A model generated the notes under the pieces. That model searched no databases, was not told the origin of the DNA, and saw only the letters and a list, made by a program, of their open reading frames with translations. The translations under genes and the position numbers were made by a program. Source: Candidatus Zhuqueibacterota bacterium (lineage in GTDB: Bacteria; Zhuqueibacterota; Zhuqueibacteria; Thermofontimicrobiales; Thermofontimicrobiaceae). From it: a stretch of 64,000 bases of DNA. Within the stretch, counting starts at the first letter, position 1. Every line of letters begins with the position of its first letter. Positions 7,823-19,100 of the stretch are shown here, piece after piece. The stretch covers positions 103,971 through 167,970 of the forward strand of contig JBMOPW010000016.1 in the NCBI GenBank assembly GCA_049322915.1, in the 5' to 3' direction.

Positions 7823-9766
7823 ATGGGATCACATTCTGCCAAATCCAGAGACACACTATTCTTTGCAATATTATTTTTAATCCCCCTCCTCTTCTTCGTT
7901 GGTCTTGAAATTGGTCTGCGAATTTTCCATTACGGCCCGAACCTGGACCTGTTCATTGCTCTGCAAGAAAATCCTCTGTACCTGAAAATCAATCCGGAAC
8001 TGGGTCGCCGCTATTTCCCGAAGCTCAACGTCAAACCCGCGACGTCCTATGATGTTATGCTGCAACGCAAGCCTGCCAATGGATTCAGGGTGTTTGTCCT
8101 GGGCGGCTCATCGGCGTTTGGCTATCCCTATGGCCGAAACGCTGCCTTTCCCAAATTTTTGCAGGACAGGCTCCAAGATTATTTCACGCAGCGTCACGTG
8201 GAAGTGGTCAACCTGGCCATGTGCGCTGTCGGCTCGTACACAGTCCGCGATATTGGTCTCGAACTGTTGAACTATCAGCCGGATGTAATTCTCATTTACG
8301 CCGGGCATAACGAGTTTTATGGCGCATTGGGCGTTGGTTCCGCTGAGTCCCTCGGTCATTCGCGAAATTGGGTGAATCTCTATTTGAGCCTGCGGTCGTT
8401 CAAAACTTTCCTGTTGGTTCGGGACGGCGTCTTCAAACTCACATCCATGTTCGCGGGGAACGCGTCAGCTCAGGCCGGCAAACGGCTGATGGAACATCTG
8501 GCCGGCGAACAGATCATTCCCTACGACAGCGAGTTGTTTCGGACGGCGCACCGCATTTTTAAGGACAATATTCAGGATGTGATTGAGGCGGCGGAGCGAA
8601 AGCGAGTTCAGATTTACCTGGGCGATCTGGTGAGCAATGTGCGGGATCAGGCGCCGTTTCGCTCCATCTCGTCTGTGGCGACCGGAGGAACAGTTTCCGT
8701 CATAGCGGAGGCGGAGGCGCTGGAAGCCGCCGGGCAGATCGGGGCCGCGCTGGAAAAACTGAATCTGGCCATTCAATCCGATACTGCCAACGCCGATGCC
8801 TGTTTTCGCAAAGCGCGTTGTCTGGAAAAAACGGGCGAAATGAACGCTGCGCGTCAGTGGTATTATAGCGCCAGGGACTTCGATGCCCTGCGATTCCGCG
8901 CGGCTGAAGCGCTGAATGGCGTGGTGCGGCAATTCAACCACGCCAATGTGGTGCATGTCCCGGTTCAACAGACTTTCGAGCACAATTCTCCAGACGGATT
9001 CATTGGCGCATCGCTGATGCTGGATCATCTCCATCCCAATGTGCAAGGGTATTTTCTGATGGCGAAAATCTATTTTGAGTTGATGAAGCAGCATGTGCCC
9101 CTGGAACCGGCTGAAACGCCGGGCGCGGTTCAATCCGACTCGCTGTACTGGTATAATTCCGGCGTGACAGCGCTCGATCTGGCTGAGGCCAATTTCAGAA
9201 TGCAAATCCTGTTGGGCAGTTGGCCGTTCAAAGATGGCTTTGCGACGGTGAATTCGATCCAGTGGAATCCTCAAAATAAAGTGCATCAACTGGCAATGCA
9301 CATTGTGAAAGAGGAAAAGTCATGGGAGCAGGCTCACGTCGAGTTGGCTGAGCTGTATATCGAGCGTGGGCAATTGAGTCAGGCTGCTGAGGAGTACTTC
9401 TCTCTCGCCAAGATGACGCATTACAATGTGTCGCCATTTCTCCGACTCGGCCAGATCTACATGCAGCAGCGCAGGTTCCAATTGGCCCGGCAGTTCTTCA
9501 GCAAGTCGCTGGCCATTGAAAAAACGCTGCTGGCCTATCAGGGGCTCGGCGAGGCGTGTTTATATCTGAATCAATTGCAGCAGGGAATCGGTTACCTGGA
9601 GGCGGGATTGCGCATCAAACGCAACGACCCACTGAGCCTGTTCCTGTTATCAAAAAGCTATGTGAAAATGGGGGATAGGGAGCAGGCCAGAAGATATTTG
9701 ATGCAACTGAAATCCGTGCAGCCACAGTTCCCGGGAATCAAGTCCCTCGAGGAGCAGGCAAATTAA
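7823..9766 (+). CDS. Membrane-anchored SGNH/GDSL-like hydrolase with TPR repeats
   Basis: N-terminal TM, VLGGSSAFG, YAGHNE, DHLHPN, C-terminal TPR-like helices. Confidence 0.8.
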   Translation: MGSHSAKSRDTLFFAILFLIPLLFFVGLEIGLRIFHYGPNLDLFIALQENPLYLKINPELGRRYFPKLNVKPATSYDVMLQRKPANGFRVFVLGGSSAFGYPYGRNAAFPKFLQDRLQDYFTQRHVEVVNLAMCAVGSYTVRDIGLELLNYQPDVILIYAGHNEFYGALGVGSAESLGHSRNWVNLYLSLRSFKTFLLVRDGVFKLTSMFAGNASAQAGKRLMEHLAGEQIIPYDSELFRTAHRIFKDNIQDVIEAAERKRVQIYLGDLVSNVRDQAPFRSISSVATGGTVSVIAEAEALEAAGQIGAALEKLNLAIQSDTANADACFRKARCLEKTGEMNAARQWYYSARDFDALRFRAAEALNGVVRQFNHANVVHVPVQQTFEHNSPDGFIGASLMLDHLHPNVQGYFLMAKIYFELMKQHVPLEPAETPGAVQSDSLYWYNSGVTALDLAEANFRMQILLGSWPFKDGFATVNSIQWNPQNKVHQLAMHIVKEEKSWEQAHVELAELYIERGQLSQAAEEYFSLAKMTHYNVSPFLRLGQIYMQQRRFQLARQFFSKSLAIEKTLLAYQGLGEACLYLNQLQQGIGYLEAGLRIKRNDPLSLFLLSKSYVKMGDREQARRYLMQLKSVQPQFPGIKSLEEQAN

Positions 9767-10235
9767 TGTCTGTCCGAAAAAAAACTGAATTAGCTATGGG
9801 GGTAATATTTTGAAACTTCATTACGTCAGACCTCATCCCCTAAATCCCTTTTTACCCTGCGGGCAAGAAGAGGAATATCTGTTCTCCCTCTCCTTTTAGG
9901 CTTACCCTGACCCATATCTTTTTTAACGCAGAGACCGCAGAGACAGCAGATGTCCGCAGAGTTTTGGTATTGAAAAAAAACAGTTTGCAAACTTATGAAA
10001 CCAGGTATTTCCCTGGTTATTCTGGTCCTCTGTGACTATGGGTGAACATGATTTTCATTGTTTGATTGAAAATTATAAAAAATCACTCAGGCCAATTCAA
10101 CGCTGGTCTTTTCTCTGCGCCCTTCGCGACCTCTGCGTTTCATTTGATTGTAATATCCCCCAACGTATGGGTGTGGATTAGCCTGTTAGGAGCAGGCTCG
10201 GGTGAGGTCAATATTCGCAGTTGTCGGACAGACAC
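9766..10235. mobile_element. Composite repeat: element D (ends GTCTGTCCG) carrying element C (9899-10183)
   Basis: D ends TGTCTGTCCG/CGGACAGACA; C (285 bp) ends GGCTTACCCTGACCCA/TGGGTGTGGATTAGCC; homologous to 31110-31808 and 40967-41269. Confidence 0.8.
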
Positions 10236-10238
10236 GAA

Positions 10239-11630
10239 TCAAGGTTGTGCCAGCTTGGAATCTTTAATTGTCAGCAAATACTCAAACGCAGCATCATGTT
10301 CATTGGGGATGATTCCATCGAGAATCGCTTCCTCAATGGCTTTCTTCAATATCCCGACATGGGGGCCGGGAGCAATCCCGCAGATGGCCATGATTTCATC
10401 GCCGCGCACCGGGGATTGAAACGCTTTCATGCGATCCTTCTCTTCCACTTCCTGCAGCCGCTGGACCACATGATCGAAATTCTCCAGATGATTCTTGACG
10501 CGCTGCGGATTGCCCGAAGTAATATCAGCGCGACACAGGGTGAGCAGATCGTCGAGGTCGTCGCCGGCCTTGAATAACAGTCTGCGCATGGCCGAATCGG
10601 TGACGCCTTCTTCGGAAAGATTGATTGGCCGGAGATGAAGCCGCGTCAATTTTTGAGTGAATTTCAAATGCGTATTGGGCAATTTGAGCCGATGAAAAAT
10701 TTGTGGCAGCATCCGCGCGCCAATTTCGTCGTGGCCATGAAATGTCCAGCCGGTTCCTTCGATGAATTTCTTGGTGCTCGGTTTGCCGATGTCATGCACC
10801 AGAGCCGCCAGCCGCAACTCCAGCTTCTCGCTCACCTCTGCGACATTGTCAATGACCAGAAGCGTATGTTCATACACATCTTTGTGGTGATACCCTTCGC
10901 GCTGCTCCACCCCTTTCATGATGGTCAACTCCGGCAGGATATGTTGCAGCACCCCGATTTCGTCGAGCAATTTGAATCCAATGGATGGCCGGGTTGATTT
11001 CAGGATTTTGAGGAATTCATCCGTTATGCGTTCCTGGGAAATGATCTGCAACCGCGGCGCCATCTCGCTCAACGCCGCGCGCGTCTTCTCTTCGATGGTG
11101 AAATTGAGCTGGGTCGCAAACCGAATCGCTCGCATAATCCGAAGCGGATCGTCCTTGAACGTGACAATGGGGTCAAGCGGTGTGCGAATGAGTTTGCTAT
11201 TGAGATCAGCCTGGCCATTGAGCGGATCATACATCATTCCGAAGTTTTCTTTGTTCAGACCCAGGGCCATGCAATTCATCGTGAAATCGCGCCGCTGTAA
11301 ATCGCCGTCCAGGTCGGTTTGGGAGACAACCGGCTTCCGGGAATTCGCTTCGTAATCCTCGCTGCGCGTCCCGACGAATTCCAGTTTGTAGTCTTCGTGC
11401 TGAACCATGGCGGTGCCGAATTTTTCGAAAATGACCACATTGCGCGAGCGGAGTTCATTGGCCACTTTGCGGGCGAATTTGGGGCCGCTTCCAACCACGG
11501 CAAAATCGATGTCTTTGACAGGTTTATTCAAAATTTTATCGCGAACGAATCCGCCGACAGCCCATACAGACGTGCGTTCGCTATCTGCTATATCGCCAAT
11601 AATCCTTAATATCTGCTCGATGGTTTTCAA
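10239..11630 (-). CDS. cca: CCA-adding tRNA nucleotidyltransferase with HD domain
   Basis: VGGFVRD, DIDF, RRDFTMN, DDPLRIMRAIRF, HD-domain LVHDIGK. Confidence 0.9.
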   Translation of the reverse strand: MKTIEQILRIIGDIADSERTSVWAVGGFVRDKILNKPVKDIDFAVVGSGPKFARKVANELRSRNVVIFEKFGTAMVQHEDYKLEFVGTRSEDYEANSRKPVVSQTDLDGDLQRRDFTMNCMALGLNKENFGMMYDPLNGQADLNSKLIRTPLDPIVTFKDDPLRIMRAIRFATQLNFTIEEKTRAALSEMAPRLQIISQERITDEFLKILKSTRPSIGFKLLDEIGVLQHILPELTIMKGVEQREGYHHKDVYEHTLLVIDNVAEVSEKLELRLAALVHDIGKPSTKKFIEGTGWTFHGHDEIGARMLPQIFHRLKLPNTHLKFTQKLTRLHLRPINLSEEGVTDSAMRRLLFKAGDDLDDLLTLCRADITSGNPQRVKNHLENFDHVVQRLQEVEEKDRMKAFQSPVRGDEIMAICGIAPGPHVGILKKAIEEAILDGIIPNEHDAAFEYLLTIKDSKLAQP

Positions 11631-11794
11631 AAAGTAGTATTCCTTTTTAGATGAAAATTATCTTCAGCAATGATGTACAAATTTGCGCACCATCCGCAGG
11701 CGCCTGGTTCGATCCCGATGTGAGCGCTGTTTCCAATATAGCAGGGAAAACGATTGAATTGAAAAGACCATGTTTCCGCCAGAACATCTCCTCA

Positions 11795-12427
11795 TCAATA
11801 ATCCAGACTAAGGCCCACCTGAAACGCCAGTCCGCCCAGGTTTGAACCGGCAAAACCAGGGTTTCCGCCTTCGCCGGCGGAGTTGGCTTCGATCTCCCAG
11901 CCAATGGCCGCGTGCGGAATGAAGCGATAGTCGCCTCCAATTTCCAGGTAAAAACCGCTGCCTTTTGTCCTGGTATCGGTTGAGTTTTTGTTGGCAAAGA
12001 TTGAAATCCCGGCGGCCTCTTCAATATCAATGAAGATGAATCCCACGCCGGTGAAAAAACGCCATTTTCGGTTCGTATCCGAATACCGCCGGAGGCCAAT
12101 ATTCATGAAGGTCTCCTGCCAGTCAGCCTGGCCGGTCAGATTTGCGCCCTCAACAGTCACCGTCTTTCCGGCCGTGGTGAACGTAGCATACTGAAATGAA
12201 GCATAGGTGGAATGATAAAAACGTACACTGACCTGACCGGAATAATAGGTGTCCCATCGGCTGGAATACAGGTCGTTGAAATTATCCAATGAGACGCGGA
12301 AGTAGCCCACGGTGCCGCCAGTGATGACCCGTGGCATTGGGGAGAAAATCCAATCCTGTGTCCAGCCGGCGCTCGTCACAAGACAGGACATCAGCATAAA
12401 CATGAATAGCGTCAATTTTCGATTCAA
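11795..12427 (-). CDS. Hypothetical outer-membrane beta-barrel protein
   Basis: TTG 12427 after GGAGG gives a signal peptide; alternating strands; ends FQVGLSLDY. Confidence 0.6.
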   Translation of the reverse strand: MNRKLTLFMFMLMSCLVTSAGWTQDWIFSPMPRVITGGTVGYFRVSLDNFNDLYSSRWDTYYSGQVSVRFYHSTYASFQYATFTTAGKTVTVEGANLTGQADWQETFMNIGLRRYSDTNRKWRFFTGVGFIFIDIEEAAGISIFANKNSTDTRTKGSGFYLEIGGDYRFIPHAAIGWEIEANSAGEGGNPGFAGSNLGGLAFQVGLSLDY

Positions 12428-12506
12428 GGCCAATCCTCCAAAAAAGTTAATAAATCTGGCAACCTTTTTATTGGTAAACGTGTCATATAAACAGTACGCG
12501 AAATTC

Positions 12507-12761
12507 ATGACCGGAGGTGAAGCTGTGGTGTCCACATTTATCATTTTATTACTGGCAACTGCCATCATTTTTTGGAAGCCGCCATTTCAGATTTCAATAC
12601 AATTTAAAAATCTGGTTATTCCAATTATTCTGACTGTAATAATTACGCTATTGTTGCTGTTAGGTTCAATTTCCTGGAAATCTGAATCGCAACTCACCAA
12701 AACCCCTGCTCCTGAACCCTCATCATCGGAATCGTTTTCGCGACAGACCTCCGCCCACTGA
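12507..12761 (+). CDS. Small hypothetical membrane protein (2 TM)
   Basis: Two hydrophobic segments; GGAGGTG RBS before the alternative GTG at 12525. Confidence 0.45.
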   Translation: MTGGEAVVSTFIILLLATAIIFWKPPFQISIQFKNLVIPIILTVIITLLLLLGSISWKSESQLTKTPAPEPSSSESFSRQTSAH

Positions 12762-12806
12762 TAGGCTACAGTCCTCTGCTTCTCCGGAATTATCTATTGG
12801 GACGAT

Positions 12807-13208
12807 CTATTTCTTCGCTTCATTGATCAATGGTGATTTTCTCCTGAGAGAATAGATTCCTGCCACGAAAATCGCCCCGACACAATCGGCAATGATATCG
12901 CCGACATCGGCAAATCTCCCCGGAACAAATCCCTGGTGGATTTCATCGGTGACACCGTAACAGCAGGCGATGACCATCGCCAGCCAGATGGCATTCCTGG
13001 CGATGCTGGGCTGGCGTTGTACGAGGAGCGCGCGGGTCAATAACCAGCCGAGAATGGCGTACTCGACGCCGTGGGCGATTTTGTCCTGGGCAGAAAATCC
13101 CATATCCGGCACGGTGAGATAGGAAATGGATGACTGCACGAAGATCGCCGTCATCCAGGCAATGGCCGGAAAGGGATACCACAGAAAATGTCGGATGCGT
13201 TTTCTCAT
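12807..13208 (-). CDS. VanZ-family membrane protein
   Basis: DKIAH..EY, YGVTDEIHQGFVPGR..D..D motif. Confidence 0.9.
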   Translation of the reverse strand: MRKRIRHFLWYPFPAIAWMTAIFVQSSISYLTVPDMGFSAQDKIAHGVEYAILGWLLTRALLVQRQPSIARNAIWLAMVIACCYGVTDEIHQGFVPGRFADVGDIIADCVGAIFVAGIYSLRRKSPLINEAKK

Positions 13209-14752
13209 TCCATTTCAAACATCTGCTTCAATGCTGCGGGCAAGTATTTGTTGATGTCCCCGGCGATCATTCCCATTTCTGTCAATCGTTCCGAGGCAAT
13301 GTCGCCGGCCAGACCGTGCAGGTAAACGCCGACAAGGGCTGCATCGAGCGCGGAAAGTCGCAGGGCCATCAGCCCGGCGATGATGCCGGTCAGGACATCT
13401 CCCGAGCCTCCTGTGGCCATGCCAGGATTGCCGCTGGAATTGATGAATACTTTCCCGTCCGGCGCTGCGATGAGCGTGGGGCCGCCCTTCAAAACGATCA
13501 CTTTTCCCCATTGTTTGGCCAGGTCGCGCACGATCTGGAAGCGGTTCTTCTCAATATCGACGACAGGGATGCGGATCAATCGCGACAATTCGCCCGGGTG
13601 CGGCGTTAATACCATGGGGCCGGCGTATTTTTCAATGAGCGATGTATCGCTGGCGCATGCATTCAGTCCGTCGGCGTCCAGCACCATCGGTTTTTTCCGG
13701 GATGTGAGCAGCCATGCGATAAATTCGACGGTTTCGCGATGCGCAGAAAGACCGGGCCCGACGGCGAGCACATCCGCCCAATTCAATAAATCGTGCACCT
13801 GATCTTTGGCCTGCACACTGATGGACTGTTGATCCGTTTCAGCAAGGGGGACGGTCATCACTTCGGTCAGCTTCTGTTCGAGAATGGGATTGAGGCTGGC
13901 CGGCACTGCCAACTTCGTCAGGCCCGCGCCAATCCGTACGCAGGCCAGCGAGGCCAGCGTGGCCGCGCCAGTCATCCCGACCGAACCGGCGAAAATCGTC
14001 ACTTTGCCCATGTCTGTTTTGTGGGCATTCCAGGGACGCTCAGGAAGTCGGGAGCGGATATCCGCCGCATCGATGAGGAAAATGTCCTCGTGTAACTGCA
14101 AGCTGATCTCAGGCGGCACGCCAATATCCGCAACGACAATTTTTCCGGCAAAATCACGGGCCGGCGAGAACAGCAGCCCGGCCTTCAAATGGGCCATGGT
14201 GACGGTGACGTCGGCGTCCACGCAGACGCCGTGCACGGCCCCGGTATCGGTTTCCATCCCTGAAGGCAAATCGACCGAGACAATGGGAGCGTCATATCGA
14301 TTCATTGTCTCGATGAGGTCTCCGTAAAATCCCACCACCGGACCAGTGACGCCAGTGCCTAGCAGCGCGTCGACGACCAAGTCGATGCGGTGGAATTGAG
14401 GAATCTGGTCAATGGCGGAAATTTCGTGAATCTCGATGCCCATATTTTCCAGAATCGTCAGATTGATTTTAGCATCGCCCTGAATGGCCGCTTTGGTTCC
14501 GGCTAAAAAGACCGAGACCTCTGCGCCCAAATTGTGCAGATGCCGGGCGATGACATACCCATCGCCGCCGTTATTCCCCTTGCCGCAGAAGACGACGACA
14601 TGTTTATTTTCGATGCTGCCAGGCAGCGTCAGTATTTCTCGCACCACACTCTGCCCGGCATTTTCCATGAGTACAATGCCCGGTATCTGAACGGTGTGAA
14701 TTGTGGTTTTGTCGACCTGAGCCATACGCGAAGCCGTTAATACGATTTGCAC
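13205..14752 (-). CDS. nnr: Bifunctional NAD(P)HX epimerase/dehydratase
   Basis: LMENAG, CGKGNNGGDG, VDALLGTG, DLPSG, TPHPGEL, MATGGSGDVLTG; GTG start 14752. Confidence 0.95.
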   Translation of the reverse strand: MQIVLTASRMAQVDKTTIHTVQIPGIVLMENAGQSVVREILTLPGSIENKHVVVFCGKGNNGGDGYVIARHLHNLGAEVSVFLAGTKAAIQGDAKINLTILENMGIEIHEISAIDQIPQFHRIDLVVDALLGTGVTGPVVGFYGDLIETMNRYDAPIVSVDLPSGMETDTGAVHGVCVDADVTVTMAHLKAGLLFSPARDFAGKIVVADIGVPPEISLQLHEDIFLIDAADIRSRLPERPWNAHKTDMGKVTIFAGSVGMTGAATLASLACVRIGAGLTKLAVPASLNPILEQKLTEVMTVPLAETDQQSISVQAKDQVHDLLNWADVLAVGPGLSAHRETVEFIAWLLTSRKKPMVLDADGLNACASDTSLIEKYAGPMVLTPHPGELSRLIRIPVVDIEKNRFQIVRDLAKQWGKVIVLKGGPTLIAAPDGKVFINSSGNPGMATGGSGDVLTGIIAGLMALRLSALDAALVGVYLHGLAGDIASERLTEMGMIAGDINKYLPAALKQMFEME

Positions 14753-14881
14753 GATTCGTTCCTTTCTGATTCTGTTGAGATTGTGGCAACCAATTCTATT
14801 GAATAGACCTTCCCTCTGATTCGAACCGGGTTTCACCTCATCCGAATTGGCCTTGCAATCCCTGTTTGCAATACTACTTAA

Positions 14882-14981
14882 CCCTACTACGTCACATAGA
14901 TTTATTATCGTTATATAATGTATTTTGGATAGATGAAAAATTCAATATATTGTGATAAATTTGTTAAATGACGTTGAAGGG
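14882..14981. mobile_element. MITE-A copy 2 (100 bp, TTAA TSD)
   Basis: TTAA|CCCTACTACGTCA...TGACGTTGAAGGG|TTAA. Confidence 0.85.
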
Positions 14982-15109
14982 TTAACTTTATAAAGCTATT
15001 AAAATAGCATTATTTTTTTTTAGATTCAACCATTTTCTCCTTGCTTGTTTAAAATTTTTGATGTAATTTGTTGCAAAATTTTTTGACCTCCCGATTGACC
15101 CGGACGTGT

Positions 15110-15688
15110 ATGAGCGAAGAATTAGCTGACATTGAGTTAATAAACAGGGCATTAAAAGGCGATCAGCAGGCGTACAAACAAATTTTACTTCGCTACCGCA
15201 ATCCTTTGTATAATCTGTTGTATCGCATGGTTCACAACAAAATGGAGACGGAGGATCTGGTCCAGGAAGCGTTCATCAAGGCATTTGCGTCGTTAGCAAG
15301 TTTCAATGATGAATATGCGTTTTCCACCTGGCTTTACAAGATCGCCATCAATAATTGCATCGACCATTTTCGTAAACGAAAGCTCAAGACTTTTTCGTTG
15401 GACAAGCCCATCAGCTCCAAAGACGGTGAAATCCACCGGGAATTCCCGGATGCCGGAAATCGTCCCGATAAGACGTTATTGACGAAAGAGAAAGACAAGC
15501 TCATCGAGGATGCCATACAAAGCCTGCCCGAGAAATACCGCATCTCCATTATCCTCCGCCACAACGAGGATAAATCCTATGAGGAAATCAGCCAGATTCT
15601 CAACATCCCCCTTGGTACAGTCAAAGCCCGCATTTTCCGCGCACGTGAAATGTTAAAACGCCAGCTCAAAAATGTCATTTACCCATAA
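15110..15688 (+). CDS. ECF sigma-70 factor (SigW/RpoE-like)
   Basis: EDLVQEAFIKA, FSTWLYKIAIN, SYEEISQIL..PLGTVKARIFRAR. Confidence 0.92.
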   Translation: MSEELADIELINRALKGDQQAYKQILLRYRNPLYNLLYRMVHNKMETEDLVQEAFIKAFASLASFNDEYAFSTWLYKIAINNCIDHFRKRKLKTFSLDKPISSKDGEIHREFPDAGNRPDKTLLTKEKDKLIEDAIQSLPEKYRISIILRHNEDKSYEEISQILNIPLGTVKARIFRAREMLKRQLKNVIYP

Positions 15689-15728
15689 CTATAGCAAGTG
15701 TTAAATTTTTCTGTAAGGACAGGAGTGG

Positions 15729-16040
15729 ATGCTAACACAGGAAAAGCCGGCTATCGCCGATGATTTTGGCTGCTATGTTCGTTCGGGAAAAAAGAATTTT
15801 TTACAAAATTTGGATTGGATTTTGTCCTGGCGAAACGCGAAGGCTGTTTCCTCTTTGACATGAACGGTAAAAAGTATTTGAACTACCATTGCAATCGCGG
15901 CGTCTTCAATCTGGGGCGCCGAAACCAGGAGTTCATCGAAGCGCGTTTGGCGTGAGCGGAGGCGAGGCCATTGATTTCATTATTAAGTCAGCGCGTGACT
16001 TCACGGATCGGCCAGGGTTCGTCTCAGCGAAAGGTGTACC
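15729..16040 (+). pseudogene. Degraded class III PLP aminotransferase (ArgD/PatA-like) fragment
   Basis: RBS+ATG, frameshift in an A-run, then KREGCFLFDMNGKKYLNYHCNRGVFNLGRRN and, in another frame, FGVSGGEAIDFIIKSARDFTDRPGFVSAKG; internal deletion, no C-terminal half. Confidence 0.7.
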
Positions 16041-16187
16041 GATTCATCATCGAGAAATTGCTGCGCCGAAAATATGAATTTCGTTTACCGGAAAAAGTGA
16101 AATGGTAGATTGGCGGGAGGAGACCCTGAACGTTTCGTCGTCCGGTGTGGCGACCAATGCCTGGGTGGCTGATTGTAGTGGTGGCGT

Positions 16188-19100
16188 TTATTGAAAACTG
16201 ATACTCCAGCGGAATTTCCAGTGAGGTTCGTACGGGGCGGCATCACCCAGAACCGGGTGACTCAACCAGAATGGGAAATTCAGCCGAATCGTCCGGTTCT
16301 GCTCCAGTATTTGTTTGTGAATTTGCAGCCGCATCCCGGCGTCCATCAGCAGTTTTCCATCGAGATGATTCACGCGCGCGTACGCAGCATCGAAAAACAG
16401 GAGTAATTGAATTGCGCCGGCGTGTTTGCGGAACGGATTCGGCAGAAACCTATCGAATGTGTGATAAACGAGTTCCAGATTGGTGGCGATCAAAGCATCG
16501 CTGGTCAGTGGGTATTTCCCCTGAACAAGCCGGTTGGCATAGCCACATAAACTGGCGTCCCCCGGAAGATAATATTGAATCGCCTGCGGAAACGAACCGG
16601 GTGAGCGTAAATAATGATATTTGAACCGATCCACAGGATTCCCTTCGCCAATCCACAATTGATTCTGGATGGGAACATCGGAATCGCCATTCAGAATGAA
16701 TCCCGCTGAATTTCGAATGAGTATTTGCCACGATTTTTTTATCCTGAGGGATGAATATTTGTCTTCATAAAACAGATACGCGAAATTATAATCGCTCCCC
16801 AGATGCTTGTGGCTGAAAGCGATGGATACATTATGGCTCAACTGCGGCCGGTTGATACCCGTTCTCGTATAGTCGAAATAGAGCTGATTGATCCGGCCTT
16901 TGTCCCATGTCTGAATAGCGATGTCATTGCCGTTCACTCGATAGCGCCGCAAGGTATAGTCAAAGTCAGTCGCTTTGATGTGGCTAAACCCGAAACGATA
17001 GATGCGTTCCGGGGCTGCGTTGAAGCGTGGTGTGAAGTTATAATTGATATTTAAATTTACCTCGCGTCGGCCTTCCATATTTTTGACATAAATATGCCGC
17101 CAGAGATTATCGTTAATAGAATCCCACGGCATGGAAAAACCCAAATTATAGTCCAGCTTACGATTTCTTGTATTGTACCAGAATTGATTGCGCATCACAT
17201 AATATCGGTTCAGGTAACTGCCATTGACTTTCAACCCCAGTTTGACTCCATCCAGATCGTTGTACCAGAGTTGAGGCCAGAGAAATAGCGAGTAGGCATC
17301 GCGCGGCAGCATGTACATGCTGTAAAAATCCGGGTAAATGAATGTCTTAATCGTGAAGTTGCAGTTGTTGAGCCGGTTCAGATCGAGTATTTTATCGTCC
17401 GGATCCAACTGAATCTTTTTCACTTTTGTGGGTGTATTGAACGTGAAGACGTTTGTTTTTTCAAAACCCGGCCATCGCTGTCTGTATTTCTCCCCTGACG
17501 TGGTTGTAACCTCCACTTCCACCGGGCTAATGCCGGACGCCAGCCTGCTGACGATAATTTTTGTCTCCCAGGTATCATCTTCAAGTTTTTGGTAAGTATA
17601 ATCTTTGCAGGCATAATCGACATGGGCGGTCGAATAGAGCCACTGGTTGAACAGCCAGTCCAGATCCTGGCCGCTCACCTGTTCGGACACCGATTGCAGG
17701 CTTGTCGCATCGACATGTTTGAATTGCCAGCGGCGATAATATTCCTTCACGATGTTCCCAAAAATTTCCTCTCCGACGGTGTATTCCAACACAGAAAAGA
17801 ATTTTGCCGGTTTCGCGTAGACGTGAAATGTGTACAGGTAAAGATTATTCAATTCGTAACACGGGTAAGAGAGTGGCCTTTCAAATCCGCTGTAAAAATA
17901 ATTATAGAGTGAATTCATGTATGTATTGGCTGGAAAATTATAGGGTTGAAACTGTTTTCGGAAAAAATCAAGATTGGTGTGCATCGGTGGGGATTGGGAC
18001 TCCGGAGGGTACTGCTTGAGAAACTTGAGCGTCGTATAGGTGACAATCCCTTCGTCCAGCCAGCCATCGCTGAGTTCATTGTTAGCAACTGCTCCGTAAA
18101 AATACTGGTGAGCAATTTCATGCAGAATGAGATCGGTTCGGGGCGAGTTAATCAGAATGATTGTCGGATACTCCATCCCGCCATTGTCAATTTGCTCGCA
18201 GACGGTGATCTTCGGGTAGGGATAGGGACCGATGTTTTCCGTCAGCCACTTGAGGCTCAGTTTTGTATCTGCCAGGGCTTTACTTTTCCACGACGCCAGA
18301 GATTTTTCAGTATAATACACGTCGATTGCTATGCCATTCCAGGTATCGGTTTCATGGAGAAAATCCGGATTGCAGGCCCATGTGAAGTTATGGACATTCT
18401 CCGCGTGATAGGTCAATTCAAGAGTGCGGGTGGAATTGGCCGGGACATCATCATGAATGTCATCCCTGGCCGAATCGGATTCCTGAATTTGGGTAATAAT
18501 TTGAATGGCAGTGTCGTTTTGAAGCTTCATTTCCCGATGCACAAGTTCGCCGGTGGCAGCGACTTTGAACGTTTCCGGCACATTGATCGTGACGTCGAAC
18601 GTGCCGAACTCGCCATAAAACTCGCCAAGCCAATGAGACGGAATAGCGTTCCATCCGTGTTTATCATAGACGCAGACCTTAGGATACCAGTGGCAGAATT
18701 CGAACTGGTTCCCGGCGTAACCCCCTTTGCCTCTATTGTCTGAGTATCTTCTGATTTTCGATTCGAATTTCAGGGAAATGGTAGCTGAGTCCCCCGGCGG
18801 AATGGCCGGCGAATAGCTGAGTTTCAAAATAGTCCCATCGTAAAGAAGTTTGAGGCAATCGATTGAAACCTGCTGCCCGCCCAGTTCCATCCCGACCAAA
18901 TAGACTTTAATCCAGCCGTGAGCCTCTTCGCTTTTATCGCGAATGAGAAAATTCGAATCGATCTCCCGCGATTTGATGGATGTGTCAGTGTAGGCGTTTG
19001 CATAGAGATGGAAATAGATTTCCGAAAGCGAGTCGGGAGAATTGTTGTGGTAAGAAATGAGTTGATGGCCTGAAATTTTTTTCTGTGAGGGGAATAGTTG

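Noticed and set aside
10066..10419. ORFs within repeats (also 30797-31180, 40946-41155) as possible transposases
   Set aside because: They are short, lack DDE/HUH motifs and are not conserved in frame between repeat copies.
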